This document shows positions 38,381 through 49,048 of a stretch of DNA of 64,000 nucleotides, piece by piece; the first letter of the stretch is position 1; the number at the start of each line of letters is the position of its first letter. The translations under genes were made by a program, and so were the position numbers. The notes under the pieces are model-generated. The model saw only the letters and a program-made list of their open reading frames with translations, was not told the origin of the DNA and ran no database searches. The stretch lies in NCBI GenBank assembly GCA_965200315.1, contig OZ241362.1:2912001-2976000 (forward strand), in the 5' to 3' direction. This DNA comes from Candidatus Latescibacterota bacterium (lineage in GTDB: Bacteria; Latescibacterota; UBA2968; UBA8231).

Positions 38381-39133
38381 GTGAAGATTTTGTTAGTCGG
38401 CGGGGCTGGCCACGTCGGCACCTGCACTACTCCCTACCTTAGACGCCATCACGATCTGCGCGTGTTGGACCTAGCCAAGCCTCGGCATGAGGTAGAATAC
38501 ATTGAAGGCTCTATCGCCGACCCGGAGGCCCTCGCCTGCGCCCTAGATGGGGTGGATGCCTTCATCAACTTGACCATGAAGAGCGGCCAAGGCGGCCTCG
38601 ACAACCACCAGACCGAGCCCCAGATCGTCGATAATTACACGGTCAACTGTATGGGGCTGCACCTGCTCCTGTACACTGCTTGGAGGCTAGGTATCAAAAG
38701 AGGCGTTCACACCTCCACCATGAGCACCCACTATCGCGCCCGTTCCTATTATCCGTCCGAGGAGGAAGTACCACTTGATAGCCCTAGTGTGTACGGCTTC
38801 ACTAAGGGGCTCGCCGAGGGCATTTGTCACTACTTCGCCCGCCAATTTGACCTGAACTTGGCGGTCCTTCGCATTACTGGTCCGCGCACTCGAGAGCAAT
38901 TCCTAGAACAAGCCAAAAATCCACCACACTACCCTCCCGGCGGTCTTTACTTTACCGACGAGGAAGATTTGGCCAACGCCTATCTAGCGGCTCTAGACTA
39001 CGTTTACACTGGTCATGGCCGCTGCGACGCCTTCTTCATATCGGGCGACGCCGACCACCGCGAGATGAACATGTCCAAAGCACGATCTATTTTGGGCTGG
39101 GAGCCTAAATCGCACCTGATGCTGGAGGAGTGA
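38381..39133 (+). CDS. NAD-dependent epimerase/dehydratase (extended SDR)
   Basis: GGAGHVG, YGFTK; GGAGG RBS. Confidence 0.88.
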   Translation: MKILLVGGAGHVGTCTTPYLRRHHDLRVLDLAKPRHEVEYIEGSIADPEALACALDGVDAFINLTMKSGQGGLDNHQTEPQIVDNYTVNCMGLHLLLYTAWRLGIKRGVHTSTMSTHYRARSYYPSEEEVPLDSPSVYGFTKGLAEGICHYFARQFDLNLAVLRITGPRTREQFLEQAKNPPHYPPGGLYFTDEEDLANAYLAALDYVYTGHGRCDAFFISGDADHREMNMSKARSILGWEPKSHLMLEE

Positions 39134-39298
39134 GAATCCCACGCGGATAAGTATGTTCCTAATGACTGCAAACTCTGAACAAAATCTGCCGAAATCCCCA
39201 ATCACCTAGGCACAAGTCAAAAAACAGGCCCAACCATTTGGTGGAGCCTGCTTCATTCACTGTTGGACTATTCGCGTTGTGATTTAGTAACGCATTTC

Positions 39299-39553
39299 TT
39301 AGGCGGCGTAAACGTTCACCCGCTTGCCCTTCCTGCCAAAAGATTCAAATTTCACCTGCCCGTCAATGGTGGCGAAGAGCGTGTCATCCCCGCCCTTCTT
39401 GACGTTGACGCCCGGATGAATGCGCGTCCCGCGTTGCCGGACGATAATTGAGCCCGAGCGGACTTTCTCGCCACCAAAGCGTTTGACACCCAGACGCTGG
39501 GCATTGCTATCGCGCCCGTTTTTAGAACTGCCGACACCTTTTTTATGAGCCAT
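39299..39553 (-). CDS. rpmA: 50S ribosomal protein L27
   Basis: [16 protein letters not shown]. Confidence 0.98.
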   Translation of the reverse strand: MAHKKGVGSSKNGRDSNAQRLGVKRFGGEKVRSGSIIVRQRGTRIHPGVNVKKGGDDTLFATIDGQVKFESFGRKGKRVNVYAA

Positions 39554-39573
39554 AATACCTAATCCTTTCGCAC

Positions 39574-39891
39574 TCAGTTCGGGAGAACGATGTCCTCGAC
39601 CCGAATCTCTGTGTAATCTTGGCGGTGGCCGGTGCGCCGCCGGTATTTCTTGCGCCGTTTCTTCTTGAAAACGACAATCTTGTCGCCGCGACCATGGCCG
39701 ACGACCGTCGCCGAAACACTGGCCCCCTCGACCGTGGGACTGCCAACCCTAGTTTCGTCGTCGCCGGAAACCAGCAGGACGTCGGTAAATTCTTGGGTGC
39801 TACCTTCTTCGGCCTGAAGCCGAGGTACGCGCAGACACTGACCCTTGTCGACTTTGACCTGATGGCCGGCGATATTGACAACTGCATACAT
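39574..39891 (-). CDS. rplU: 50S ribosomal protein L21
   Basis: [14 protein letters not shown]...[16 protein letters not shown]. Confidence 0.97.
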   Translation of the reverse strand: MYAVVNIAGHQVKVDKGQCLRVPRLQAEEGSTQEFTDVLLVSGDDETRVGSPTVEGASVSATVVGHGRGDKIVVFKKKRRKKYRRRTGHRQDYTEIRVEDIVLPN

Positions 39892-39972
39892 GAATTGCAC
39901 TCCTACGCTAAGACTGCACTGCTTCACAATCAACCAAGAAACTTTTAAAGATATAGGTCGGAATTTTTTCTG

Positions 39973-41496
39973 TCAAACTCGAAACTCGGCCGTCACATCT
40001 AGGCTGCGCTTGGTCGAGAAGAACCGATAGTCTTGGGGCCCCAACGTGGAATCGGTTTCTATTTGGAGGCGAGCTTTGGTCGCCTTGCGCAATGACTTGA
40101 GCCGTTCTTCGCGGTTTTCTAGCATATAGGTGGCCACCTCGGGATGGACCTTTAACACGTAGCGCCTTTCGCGGGTGGCTGCATAGGAACGCTGAAGCCA
40201 GCGTTCAATCCAAGTAAGGGTGGTGTCTGGCCCCATAATTCGGCCCGTGCCGCTGCAAATGGGACAAGGTTCACTATGAGTGTACAAGAGGTTTGGCCGG
40301 ACGCGCTGGCGCGTCATTTCGACCAAGCCAAACTCGCTTATGTGTGGGCTGATGGAGACCTTCGCCCGATCCCTTTTGAACTCCTCGACTAAGCAGTCAA
40401 CGACCTTTTTGCGGTTGCGCTCCTCGTTCATATCGATAAAATCGATGACGATAATACCGCCAATGTCGCGGAGCTTGAGCTGGCGGGCAATCTCACGAGC
40501 TGCCCTCAGATTGGTATTGAGATTGTTTTCCTCCTGATCGTCGGAGCCGAGGTAACGGGCTGAATTCACGTCGATAAAAGTCCCCGCCTCAGCGTAGTCG
40601 ATGACCAAGGCTCCGCCGCGGCGCAACCACACAGTGCGATTGGTCGCCTTCTCGATGTCTTCCTCAATGCTGAAGGCATCGAAAATGGGCCGACGATCCC
40701 GGTAAAGCTCCACCCTTTGGCGCAATTCAGGTGAAACTTGTCGCAAATAAGCCGTGATCTCTTTGTACAGCTCTTTGCTATCGACGACTAGTCGTTCCAC
40801 ATTGTCGGTGAACAAGTCGCGTATTATGCTGGAGGTCATGCCCATTTCCTTGTACACTAAGGCAGGTGCTTCGACCTTTCTGCTCGCCTTGGTCAGACGC
40901 TCGTGGTTTCTCACTAGCTGCTTCATATCGCGTTTGAACTCGCGATCACTCTGCCCCTGTCCTTCGGTGCGCACGATTACCGAGTAGCCATCGGGCTTGA
41001 TCCTAAATACCAGATCTCTCAGTCTTTTGCGTTCGTTTCGACTGGTGATTTTGCGCGAGACACCAACCCAGTTGCCTCCCGGAACCAACACCATAAAACG
41101 CCCCGGAAGCGATAGCTGAGTCGTCACACGGGCACCTTTGGTGCCGATAGGCTCTTTGGTGATTTGCACCAACACCTGTTCGCCCTTCTTGATAAGGTTT
41201 TGAATACTAGGATAACCGCGATGGCGAGTGCGGTGCCCGTTGCGCGCCCCATCAGTCTCTCCTCTATCCGCTTCTACCATATCGCGCACTTGGAGGAACG
41301 CGGTGCGGTCGTGGCCTATCTCGACAAAAGCGGCCTGTAATCCAGGCAAAACGGCCGTTGCAATCCCTTTGTATATATCCCCTACCGTCCGTTCGTTTTC
41401 GGGTCTTTCGATCCAGACTTCAGCTAGACGCCCAGCTTCCAAGATGGCAATACGGGATTCGTGAATTCCTTGGTTGATAAAAATTTCTGTTTGCAC
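39973..41496 (-). CDS. Ribonuclease E/G family
   Basis: S1 domain, KEPIGTKGAR, IDVNSA, IGGIIVIDFID, CPICSG. Confidence 0.95.
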   Translation of the reverse strand: MQTEIFINQGIHESRIAILEAGRLAEVWIERPENERTVGDIYKGIATAVLPGLQAAFVEIGHDRTAFLQVRDMVEADRGETDGARNGHRTRHRGYPSIQNLIKKGEQVLVQITKEPIGTKGARVTTQLSLPGRFMVLVPGGNWVGVSRKITSRNERKRLRDLVFRIKPDGYSVIVRTEGQGQSDREFKRDMKQLVRNHERLTKASRKVEAPALVYKEMGMTSSIIRDLFTDNVERLVVDSKELYKEITAYLRQVSPELRQRVELYRDRRPIFDAFSIEEDIEKATNRTVWLRRGGALVIDYAEAGTFIDVNSARYLGSDDQEENNLNTNLRAAREIARQLKLRDIGGIIVIDFIDMNEERNRKKVVDCLVEEFKRDRAKVSISPHISEFGLVEMTRQRVRPNLLYTHSEPCPICSGTGRIMGPDTTLTWIERWLQRSYAATRERRYVLKVHPEVATYMLENREERLKSLRKATKARLQIETDSTLGPQDYRFFSTKRSLDVTAEFRV

Positions 41497-41561
41497 GATC
41501 TGTCCTCACGCTTAGTAGTCATTATTAGTATCGGCGATTTCAAAGTCCTGATTATCGCCAT

Positions 41562-43409
41562 TCACTTGGCTTCTTCCGCGGCCAATACCCCCAGATACTG
41601 GTCTTGGTCTGCGAGCACCTCTATGGCCTTCGCTAGCTGTACATCCTCTTGCAATTCTTCGAGAAGTTGGGCCTTTCTGCCCTTGAAGCGCAAAATTAGT
41701 TCTCGACGTAAAGCACTCTTTATATAAGGCTCCAATTCGCTGCTATACCGCTGCTCCCACTCCTTTTTCACTGCTGCTCTTAGCTGATGGATCGACTCTT
41801 GTGCAGCCACACCCCAATCCATTTCCTCGGCCAAGTCCTCAAGTTCTTCTATTTCATTCAATCCTTTTTGGCCTTGGTCTAGGCTTTTGTCTTGGACGAA
41901 CTCCATAAAGCCCTCGACCATCTCATCGCTGACAGTCAGGTCTGGGTGTTCCTCGGCCCAAGACGAGTCGGTCGAGACATAATCTATGACAAAGTCGAAG
42001 AAGAGCCGGCGGCGCCCTAACTCTTGTACGTAGGGAGGAAATGGTTCCGACTCAACGCTAATATCGGGCTTAATCCCGCCGCCGAAGACCTTGCGACCGC
42101 GCTGGGTATAATACGTCCGGTTTGAAATAGTATCCGGCAAACCGGCCGCTCCCATCTTGGATTTACCCGCTAAATCGCCCAAACGGATCAGGAGAATGCT
42201 CTCTGCGGCCTCAGAATCCATATCAAAATGAGATTGGAGCGCAGAAAGGGCCTTAGTCCTATTCTCTGAACGCAAAATAAGGTCCATCACCAACTGATGC
42301 GGTAGTTCCTTGTCGCCAAACAGAACGCTATGTACGGGCTTGGCGATGTTCTGTTCGCGGTGAATACTGCGTCCACTGGGCGCGTAGTAGAGCGCCGTCG
42401 TCAGCTTTAAAGCACTAGCTTCCTCTTCACGTTCACGTAGGTCGAAAATGGTCTGTACCGAACCTTTGCCAAATGATGCCGCTCCGACAATTACACCTCG
42501 GTCGTTGTCTTGGATGGCTCCAGCAACGATTTCGGAGGCACTGGCGCTCCCCTCGTCAATTAGAACTACCAAGGGCACATTGTATGCAATAGAATGACGG
42601 CGGGAATACTTGACTTCTTCTCTCCGCCCGTCGCGTTCCCTAATCGAAACGATCGGCACCCCTTGGGGTAAAAACAAATCCGCAACTTGGGCGGCTTGAC
42701 TAAACAATCCTCCAGGATTTCCTCGCAGGTCTAAAATTAGCCCTTCAACCCGAGGGAGGCTTTTTATTGCCTCTTCCACTTCACTGGAGGTATGCTCGGA
42801 AAAACGCGTCTGGCGCATACTTATATAACCGATTTTTTCCGGGAGTTCCTCTACCAACACAACGCTCTTGATCGTGATTATCTCCCGTTGAATTTCAACT
42901 TCGTGCGGCGTGGCTCCCAAGTGGGGTGCGACCGAGATTGCAACCTTTGTGCCAGGTTCTCCGCGCAGCGTATTGACCACAGATTCAAGCTGCATATCCA
43001 AGGTACTTTTGCCCTCCACGGCGACGATCAAGTCGCCCGGTCTCAGCCCCGCCCGAAAGGCAGGAGTACCTTCAATAGGGGAAATTACCACGGGAAAGCG
43101 ATCTTTTATGCCAACCGTAATCCCCAATCCCTCGAACTTGCCCGTCGTGTCTTGGCGCAACTGGCGCAAACCCTCCTCGTCGTAATACTCGCTGTATGGA
43201 TCCAATTGGCCGAGCATGCCTTTGATGGCTGCGCTCATAACTTCCCCTTGGTCCAGAGGGGCGTAATAGTTTTCCAAAATGCGCGAATACACGGCTCCGA
43301 AACGCTCCCAACTGGCATTTACCTCCGCATACTGATCTTCCGTAGGCGCAGCTTGGATTGCGTTCGCACTTGCAAATAAAAAAATCAATCCGACTAAGAG
43401 GTGTCGCAT
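41562..43409 (-). CDS. S41 C-terminal processing protease
   Basis: PDZ, DLRGNPGG, SASASEI, FGKGSVQ. Confidence 0.93.
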   Translation of the reverse strand: MRHLLVGLIFLFASANAIQAAPTEDQYAEVNASWERFGAVYSRILENYYAPLDQGEVMSAAIKGMLGQLDPYSEYYDEEGLRQLRQDTTGKFEGLGITVGIKDRFPVVISPIEGTPAFRAGLRPGDLIVAVEGKSTLDMQLESVVNTLRGEPGTKVAISVAPHLGATPHEVEIQREIITIKSVVLVEELPEKIGYISMRQTRFSEHTSSEVEEAIKSLPRVEGLILDLRGNPGGLFSQAAQVADLFLPQGVPIVSIRERDGRREEVKYSRRHSIAYNVPLVVLIDEGSASASEIVAGAIQDNDRGVIVGAASFGKGSVQTIFDLREREEEASALKLTTALYYAPSGRSIHREQNIAKPVHSVLFGDKELPHQLVMDLILRSENRTKALSALQSHFDMDSEAAESILLIRLGDLAGKSKMGAAGLPDTISNRTYYTQRGRKVFGGGIKPDISVESEPFPPYVQELGRRRLFFDFVIDYVSTDSSWAEEHPDLTVSDEMVEGFMEFVQDKSLDQGQKGLNEIEELEDLAEEMDWGVAAQESIHQLRAAVKKEWEQRYSSELEPYIKSALRRELILRFKGRKAQLLEELQEDVQLAKAIEVLADQDQYLGVLAAEEAK

Positions 43410-43411
43410 AA

Positions 43412-44053
43412 CTACTTTTTCTCCTCGGGAAACCACGACCACTGCCGACGCAGCGCATCCTGAATCCTTTCGGCTAGTTGATCTATTTCGAGCTGCGCGT
43501 CAAAAACCAAGCCTGTTGGATCTTTTTGGGCTATCTGTTGGTAGCCTCGGGAAACCTTCTCTTGTAGTACCATTCCTGTTTGCTCCAACCGATCCGCAAC
43601 ATCCCGCTGTCTCAGGCGAGCCCAAGCCACTTCTACAGGCAAGAGCAGATATATTGTCGCGTCCGGTAAACACTCCCCCACAGCCAACCGATTGACTTGT
43701 TCGATCACTTTTAGGTCCAAACCGCGCCCATACCCTTGATACGCTAGTGACGATGCAATATAGCGGTCGCAAATAACCACAGCTCCCCGGTTGAGCGACG
43801 GTGCGATCACCTCTTCTAGGTGCTGTGAGCGACTGGCTGCATAGAGGAACAATTCCGCCGTCGGGGATACACTCTCTAGGCTTGGATCGAGAACAAGCTG
43901 GCGAATCTTCTCTGCGACCGGCGTCCCGCCTGGCTCTCTGGTCAGTGTAACCGGAAGACCTGCTTGCCTTAAATGCGAGGCTAGCAGGCGGGATTGGGTT
44001 GTAGTTCCACTGCCATCAACTCCTTCAAATGCGATAAAATAACCCCGGGACAC
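43412..44053 (-). CDS. tmk: Thymidylate kinase
   Basis: FEGVDGSGTTTQ, TREPGG, DRYIASSLAYQG. Confidence 0.93.
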   Translation of the reverse strand: MSRGYFIAFEGVDGSGTTTQSRLLASHLRQAGLPVTLTREPGGTPVAEKIRQLVLDPSLESVSPTAELFLYAASRSQHLEEVIAPSLNRGAVVICDRYIASSLAYQGYGRGLDLKVIEQVNRLAVGECLPDATIYLLLPVEVAWARLRQRDVADRLEQTGMVLQEKVSRGYQQIAQKDPTGLVFDAQLEIDQLAERIQDALRRQWSWFPEEKK

Positions 44054-44072
44054 GACGGCAAGGAGTAGCTTA

Positions 44073-44690
44073 TTAGGACTGCTGGACAGAGGCGGGCGAA
44101 TTGGGACCTGATTTCAGCCTGTTGCGAATATGAGCGAGGCGCTCAACAACCGTATAGTTGGTCGTAACGGCCAATAAAACCAGCACGAAAACCAAACCTT
44201 GATGACCTATCAGGCTCCCTACGGCCAAGGCCGTTAGACGTTCTGGGCGCTGCATGAAGCCCACCTTGCAATCCTCGCCCAGCCCCTCTGCACGAGCCCT
44301 CACATAACTAACCATTAGCGAACCAGTAATTGCAAAAAAGAGGATCCCCGAGGGAATCCACTCATCGCGGCCAATCAAATACGCACCGATTCCAAAATAA
44401 ATAAATATCTCAGAGTAGCGATCTGTCGTCGAATCCAATAAGGCCCCAAACTTGGTCTCCTTGTGGCCCTCTCTTGCAACTTGTCCATCCAAGATGTCGC
44501 AGAGGCCCGCCACCATCATAATGAGAGCCCCCCATTGCAAGTAACCCTTGGCAAACGCCGCAGTTGCCCCCACGTTCATAACTAGCCCCATCAGCGTCAG
44601 CCAATCGGGCCTAAAGCCCAAGCGAATAAACAAATGCGCCAACGGCCTAAGGATGACCAGACACCACTCTTTCAGATACTTATCTAGCAA
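44073..44690 (-). CDS. CDP-alcohol phosphatidyltransferase (PIP-synthase-like)
   Basis: DILDGQVAR...GALLDSTTD signature; MVSYVRARAEGLG. Confidence 0.88.
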   Translation of the reverse strand: MLDKYLKEWCLVILRPLAHLFIRLGFRPDWLTLMGLVMNVGATAAFAKGYLQWGALIMMVAGLCDILDGQVAREGHKETKFGALLDSTTDRYSEIFIYFGIGAYLIGRDEWIPSGILFFAITGSLMVSYVRARAEGLGEDCKVGFMQRPERLTALAVGSLIGHQGLVFVLVLLAVTTNYTVVERLAHIRNRLKSGPNSPASVQQS

Positions 44691-44803
44691 AAAAGGACCT
44701 ATTTCGCAGACGATTGAGAACGACCATTGATAACCCTTGGCCTCGGAAACTACGTTAAAATATACTTGTTTTTTGCTTTTCTTCCAAAGGATTTACCGCA
44801 GAG

Positions 44804-44972
44804 TTTTCCACTTTCTTAAGAGCAAGTTTTCCACATCAAACCTCATCGTCTTTAACTTAGTACTTCGCTAAATTGTGGCCTATCTATTAGGAAAATTAGA
44901 CATATACGTCCCTCAAAGGGCCTAAATTTCACAATTCTTTTAATTTTTGGGTGTGGATAAGTATGTGTAAAA
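44804..44972. promoter_or_regulatory. AT-rich cluster of DnaA boxes
   Basis: TTTTCCACT 44804, TTTTCCACA 44827, perfect TGTGGATAA 44952, TGTGTAAAA 44964. Confidence 0.6.
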
Positions 44973-45000
44973 CTACACTCGGAACGCCCGACAATAGCAA

Positions 45001-45606
45001 TTAGTAGAAAAGCCCCAATGCACTCTCCACCCGATCAGCCCTCCATGCCAACAACTCCGAATGAGCGGCATCTTTTTTAAGCGTCGAAAGAATCCAACCA
45101 TGAGGAGATAAATGCCTTTGTACTAAAGCAAGCAGTTTATCCGGAGAAGCCACGGCTCTCGCCGTCACCAAATCCGCGCACATTGGACTCAAGCTCTCTA
45201 TCCGCTCGTTTACAACCTCTATTCGTTCAAGCCCCACCGACCTTACAACTTCCTTGAGAAAGTGCGCCCGCTTCCTACTGCTTTCAACGAGAATAAAGTA
45301 GGCATTGGGAAGAGCTATTTTCAGAGGAATCGCCGGAAATCCAGCTCCTGATCCCAGATCCATAACCAGCCGATGCGGGAGACTTGCTACGACCGGAATC
45401 ATAGTCAACGCCTGTCCCAAGTGCTTGGTTGCTACGACGGACCGGTCTCGCCGAGAGACAAGGCCGACTCTTCTCGACCACCGACTCAAAATATATAGAT
45501 ATGTTTCCAGCTTAGGCCAGATAGCTTCAAAAGAACCAGAGAGAACGCTTTCTCTTTTCAATCTCTCAAAATCCTCCTGAATATCAGAGGGCAATTGAAC
45601 TACCAT
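45001..45606 (-). CDS. rsmG: 16S rRNA m7G methyltransferase
   Basis: DLGSGAGFPAIPL, VTARAV. Confidence 0.93.
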   Translation of the reverse strand: MVVQLPSDIQEDFERLKRESVLSGSFEAIWPKLETYLYILSRWSRRVGLVSRRDRSVVATKHLGQALTMIPVVASLPHRLVMDLGSGAGFPAIPLKIALPNAYFILVESSRKRAHFLKEVVRSVGLERIEVVNERIESLSPMCADLVTARAVASPDKLLALVQRHLSPHGWILSTLKKDAAHSELLAWRADRVESALGLFY

Positions 45607-45615
45607 ATCAAAAGA

Positions 45616-45631
45616 TGTTTCACGTGGAACA
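45616..45631. promoter_or_regulatory. parS site
   Basis: TGTTTCACGTGGAACA. Confidence 0.9.
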
Positions 45632-45686
45632 TTTAACTATACGGCTTGAAAGAGTTTTGTGGAGGAGCATCTGAAACGAGATTCAA

Positions 45687-45702
45687 TGTTTCACGTGAAA
45701 CA
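45687..45702. promoter_or_regulatory. parS site
   Basis: Perfect palindrome TGTTTCACGTGAAACA. Confidence 0.93.
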
Positions 45703-47064
45703 TTACTTGCCGATGCAAAATTGGGAAAAAATGGAATCGAGAACTTCCTCTTCTACGGTCTCTCCCAGCATCTCACCCAAGGCATTCAATGCGTCCTGAA
45801 GTTCGGCAACGACGCACTCATCAGGCTGGCTGGACTTCAGAAGCTCCTCTGCGATAGTGCCAGATTTAGCTACTCGCAGCAGGCAGTCTTGGTGGCGCTG
45901 GCGAGTGATTCCTATCCCATCTACTTCCGTCCTATGGGGCAACTGGGCCGTCACTTCTCTCTTTAATTCCTCAATACCGAATTCCCTAAGTGCTGATATT
46001 TCAATAGATACCGAGATCCGTGCTTCGATCTTAGATCGGGTGCTCGCACCCGGCAAATCTATTTTGTTGAAGACACCAATTGACTTCTTATCCAACGGGA
46101 TAAAATCTAATACAGCCATATCGTCCTCACGCGACTCAGCAGAACTGTCAAATATCGCTAAAACCACATCCGCTCCCCCAATCGCCTGCGACGCTCGTTC
46201 AATTCCCTCTTTTTCGATCAAGTTATGGCTTTGTCTAATCCCGGCCGTATCGACTAGCCGGATCGTCTCTCCTGCCCACGTAGTTCGACCTTCTACTAAG
46301 TCTCGCGTCGTTCCTGGTAGGGGAGTAACTATTGCCCGATCTTCGCCGAGCAACACGTTGAGCAACGTGGACTTACCTACGTTGGGACGCCCGATGAGTA
46401 CGACTAAATATCCCTCTTGGCGACGCCTTGTTCCCTCGAATGTTTCGGCAAGCCGCAAAGAGGACTCAACCACCTCGCGCAGCGCGATCTTTATTTTTTG
46501 ACGCCCAATACTATCGATGTCTTCGTCGGAAAAATCGAGCCCTATCTCAAGCAGGGACAGCATTTTAACTAACTTCCCCTTAAGCTCTTTTACCATCTTA
46601 GATAGACGGCCACAGGCCAAGCCATAGGCATTGTCGAGATGCGCTTTAGAGCTGGCTTGGATGAGGTCAATTACAGCCTCAGCTTCTAATAAGTCCAACC
46701 GACCATTGAGAAAAGCTCGACGAGTAAACTCTCCTGGTGCGGCAGCGACGGCCCCCAAGCGAAGCGCTTCCTCGACGACTGACTCTAATACGACCATACT
46801 GCCGTGGCAGCTAATCTCGACGGTATCTTCACCAGTATAAGAATGAGGAACAGCAAAGACCCAAGCGACGCCTGTGTCGATTGCTCGGCCATTAGCCCAT
46901 ATACGCCCGTATTCGACGTATCGGACTCGCTTACCGAGCGGAGGACGAGACCGAAAAATCTGCTGGCCTATCGCTAGGGCTTCTGGCCCGCTCAAACGCA
47001 CGATCCCGATACCCCCCTCCCCCCGTGGCGTAGAGATAGCGACAACAGTGTCCGGCTGTATCAA
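45703..47064 (-). CDS. mnmE: tRNA modification GTPase
   Basis: GEFTRRAFLNG, GRPNVGKS, GTTRD, DTAG, C-terminal FCIGK. Confidence 0.97.
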   Translation of the reverse strand: MIQPDTVVAISTPRGEGGIGIVRLSGPEALAIGQQIFRSRPPLGKRVRYVEYGRIWANGRAIDTGVAWVFAVPHSYTGEDTVEISCHGSMVVLESVVEEALRLGAVAAAPGEFTRRAFLNGRLDLLEAEAVIDLIQASSKAHLDNAYGLACGRLSKMVKELKGKLVKMLSLLEIGLDFSDEDIDSIGRQKIKIALREVVESSLRLAETFEGTRRRQEGYLVVLIGRPNVGKSTLLNVLLGEDRAIVTPLPGTTRDLVEGRTTWAGETIRLVDTAGIRQSHNLIEKEGIERASQAIGGADVVLAIFDSSAESREDDMAVLDFIPLDKKSIGVFNKIDLPGASTRSKIEARISVSIEISALREFGIEELKREVTAQLPHRTEVDGIGITRQRHQDCLLRVAKSGTIAEELLKSSQPDECVVAELQDALNALGEMLGETVEEEVLDSIFSQFCIGK

Positions 47065-47086
47065 GATTCGAGGTCCGGCTGAAATT

Positions 47087-48793
47087 TCAAGTGCTGGAAG
47101 GAGCGGCTTCCTTCTTAAAATGATTGACCAATAGCTGTTGGCCGATAGTCAGGACATTGAAAATAGTCCAATAGAGCACTAATCCCGACGACATGCTCCA
47201 AAAGATAAAGATCATCAGTACCGGCATCATGTAAACCAGAACGGCCTGCTTGGGATCCTTCATAGTCATCTTCTGTTGGATGAGCATGGAAATCGCCATT
47301 AACAATGGCAGAATATGAAGACCAAAACCGCCGATAAGCAACTCGTCAGGAAGGGAAAGATCTTGTATCCAGAGAATAAAGGGGGCTTGGCGCAACTCAA
47401 TTGTCTTGCCAAAAAGATTGTAGAGTGCAATGAAAATGGGCATCTGCAACAAGAGAGGCAGACACCCGCTAAGAGGATTGACGCCTTCTTCCTTATAGAG
47501 CTTCATAGTCTCTCGGCTTAGGCGTTGGTTGTCGTTCTTGTACTTCTCGCGTAGCGCCGTAATTTTCGGCTGAAGTGCCTGCATTTTCGCCGCGGACTCA
47601 TAGGTTTTGTGGGTAAGTGGATAGACGATAATTTTAATGACAACGGCGAAAACGACGATGATCCAACCATAGTTGGGGATGTATTGATGGGTGGCGATAA
47701 ATAGAATGAGTAGAAAGCGGCTTATTTGACTTACGAGCGGCCACCCGAAATCAATAGCCTGCTCTAGTTCGGCCTCATAGCCGACAAGCTCGTCGTAGTT
47801 GAGTGGGCCTAGATAAATCGTGTTGTGCCAAGAGCCAGACCGTTCGAGCCGGCGACCTACCTGGAAAGAATAGTCGGGCAACAAATTCGCCCCTTGGTGG
47901 TTGCCCTGTAAGACGACGAGAGAACGCTGCTCTCTATCGGCAGGGACGCAGGAAATCAAGAAGTACTTGTTGCGGATACCCGCCCACTTTAGCAACCCTT
48001 TGTCCTCTAATTCGTCCGATTCTCCATCATCCACCTTGAGTTCGACCCGCTCTTCGTTGATATAGGCAAAAGCCCGCATTTCAGGTAGGTCAATTTCCGG
48101 CTCACGCTCGGTAAACGCGATACCGTTTTCCCAAGTGAGTATGGCTTCGGTATCGTCGTCAAACCCTTCGTAGCGCACCTGGAGATCGAATCCATAGCGG
48201 TCCCCATTAAAGGTCAAAATCTTTTCCAGTCTTCTACCGCCATCGAGTTGGGCTACCATGATTAGGGATTGCTCTTCCCCGGATCCAACCTGCAGACTCG
48301 ATTGGTTGGCAACAAACTCGGCCGAGGAGATATCCTCCCTGTAGTTCGCTCTTTGTAGATGAACTCCCAAGCCGCGGCCGGTTGGAGGCAGCAGTTCGAT
48401 AATACTTCCATCTACGTACCTGTATTTTAATAACTTACATGATATGATATTGCCGCCCTTTGTGGAGACAACAAAACTCTGAAGCGGCGTTTGTACTAGG
48501 ATTTCTTCCGGGGTAAAGGACGGATATTTGTCCGATTCGACTCTTTCAATGGCCTGAGCCTGAACGGGTGTTGGCTCTTCCGAATGGAGCTGTTCTACAG
48601 ATTCGGGATCTCGTACGCGCTCGGGCTCATATTGCTCTTCAGCAACAGGGTCTGTTTCAGGCTCCGGCTTTTGCGACACAGATTCCTGCGACTGAGGCTG
48701 AGGATTTAGCCCCAGCCATTCATTATAATAGGGAAGCAAGAGGAAAATCAGGCCGATAAATAGAAAGGCCAACAGGGTCCGCTTATCTTCCAT
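47087..48793 (-). CDS. yidC: Membrane protein insertase
   Basis: VNPLSGCLPLLLQMPIF, WIQDLS, GLVLYW. Confidence 0.96.
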   Translation of the reverse strand: MEDKRTLLAFLFIGLIFLLLPYYNEWLGLNPQPQSQESVSQKPEPETDPVAEEQYEPERVRDPESVEQLHSEEPTPVQAQAIERVESDKYPSFTPEEILVQTPLQSFVVSTKGGNIISCKLLKYRYVDGSIIELLPPTGRGLGVHLQRANYREDISSAEFVANQSSLQVGSGEEQSLIMVAQLDGGRRLEKILTFNGDRYGFDLQVRYEGFDDDTEAILTWENGIAFTEREPEIDLPEMRAFAYINEERVELKVDDGESDELEDKGLLKWAGIRNKYFLISCVPADREQRSLVVLQGNHQGANLLPDYSFQVGRRLERSGSWHNTIYLGPLNYDELVGYEAELEQAIDFGWPLVSQISRFLLILFIATHQYIPNYGWIIVVFAVVIKIIVYPLTHKTYESAAKMQALQPKITALREKYKNDNQRLSRETMKLYKEEGVNPLSGCLPLLLQMPIFIALYNLFGKTIELRQAPFILWIQDLSLPDELLIGGFGLHILPLLMAISMLIQQKMTMKDPKQAVLVYMMPVLMIFIFWSMSSGLVLYWTIFNVLTIGQQLLVNHFKKEAAPSST

Positions 48794-48838
48794 AGGTTTT
48801 ACTTACCCTTTTATAAACAACGTGTTATTAACATATTA

Positions 48839-49048
48839 CTAGCGCAAAGGATCGTATCCATGCCCTCCCCAAGGATGGCATCGACTAATCCGCTTTAGCG
48901 CAAGCATTCCGCCCTTGAATGGTCCGTACTTATCTAGTGCTTCTTCGGCATATTGGGAACAAGTAGGTAGATAACGACAGGACGGGGGAAGATATGGAGA
49001 CAGGAGAAAACGGTAGGCGCGGACGACGAAAATGGCGATTTGCTTCAT
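48839..49048 (-). CDS. yidD: Membrane protein insertion efficiency factor
   Basis: [10 protein letters not shown]...RCHPW..GYDP. Confidence 0.95.
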   Translation of the reverse strand: MKQIAIFVVRAYRFLLSPYLPPSCRYLPTCSQYAEEALDKYGPFKGGMLALKRISRCHPWGGHGYDPLR

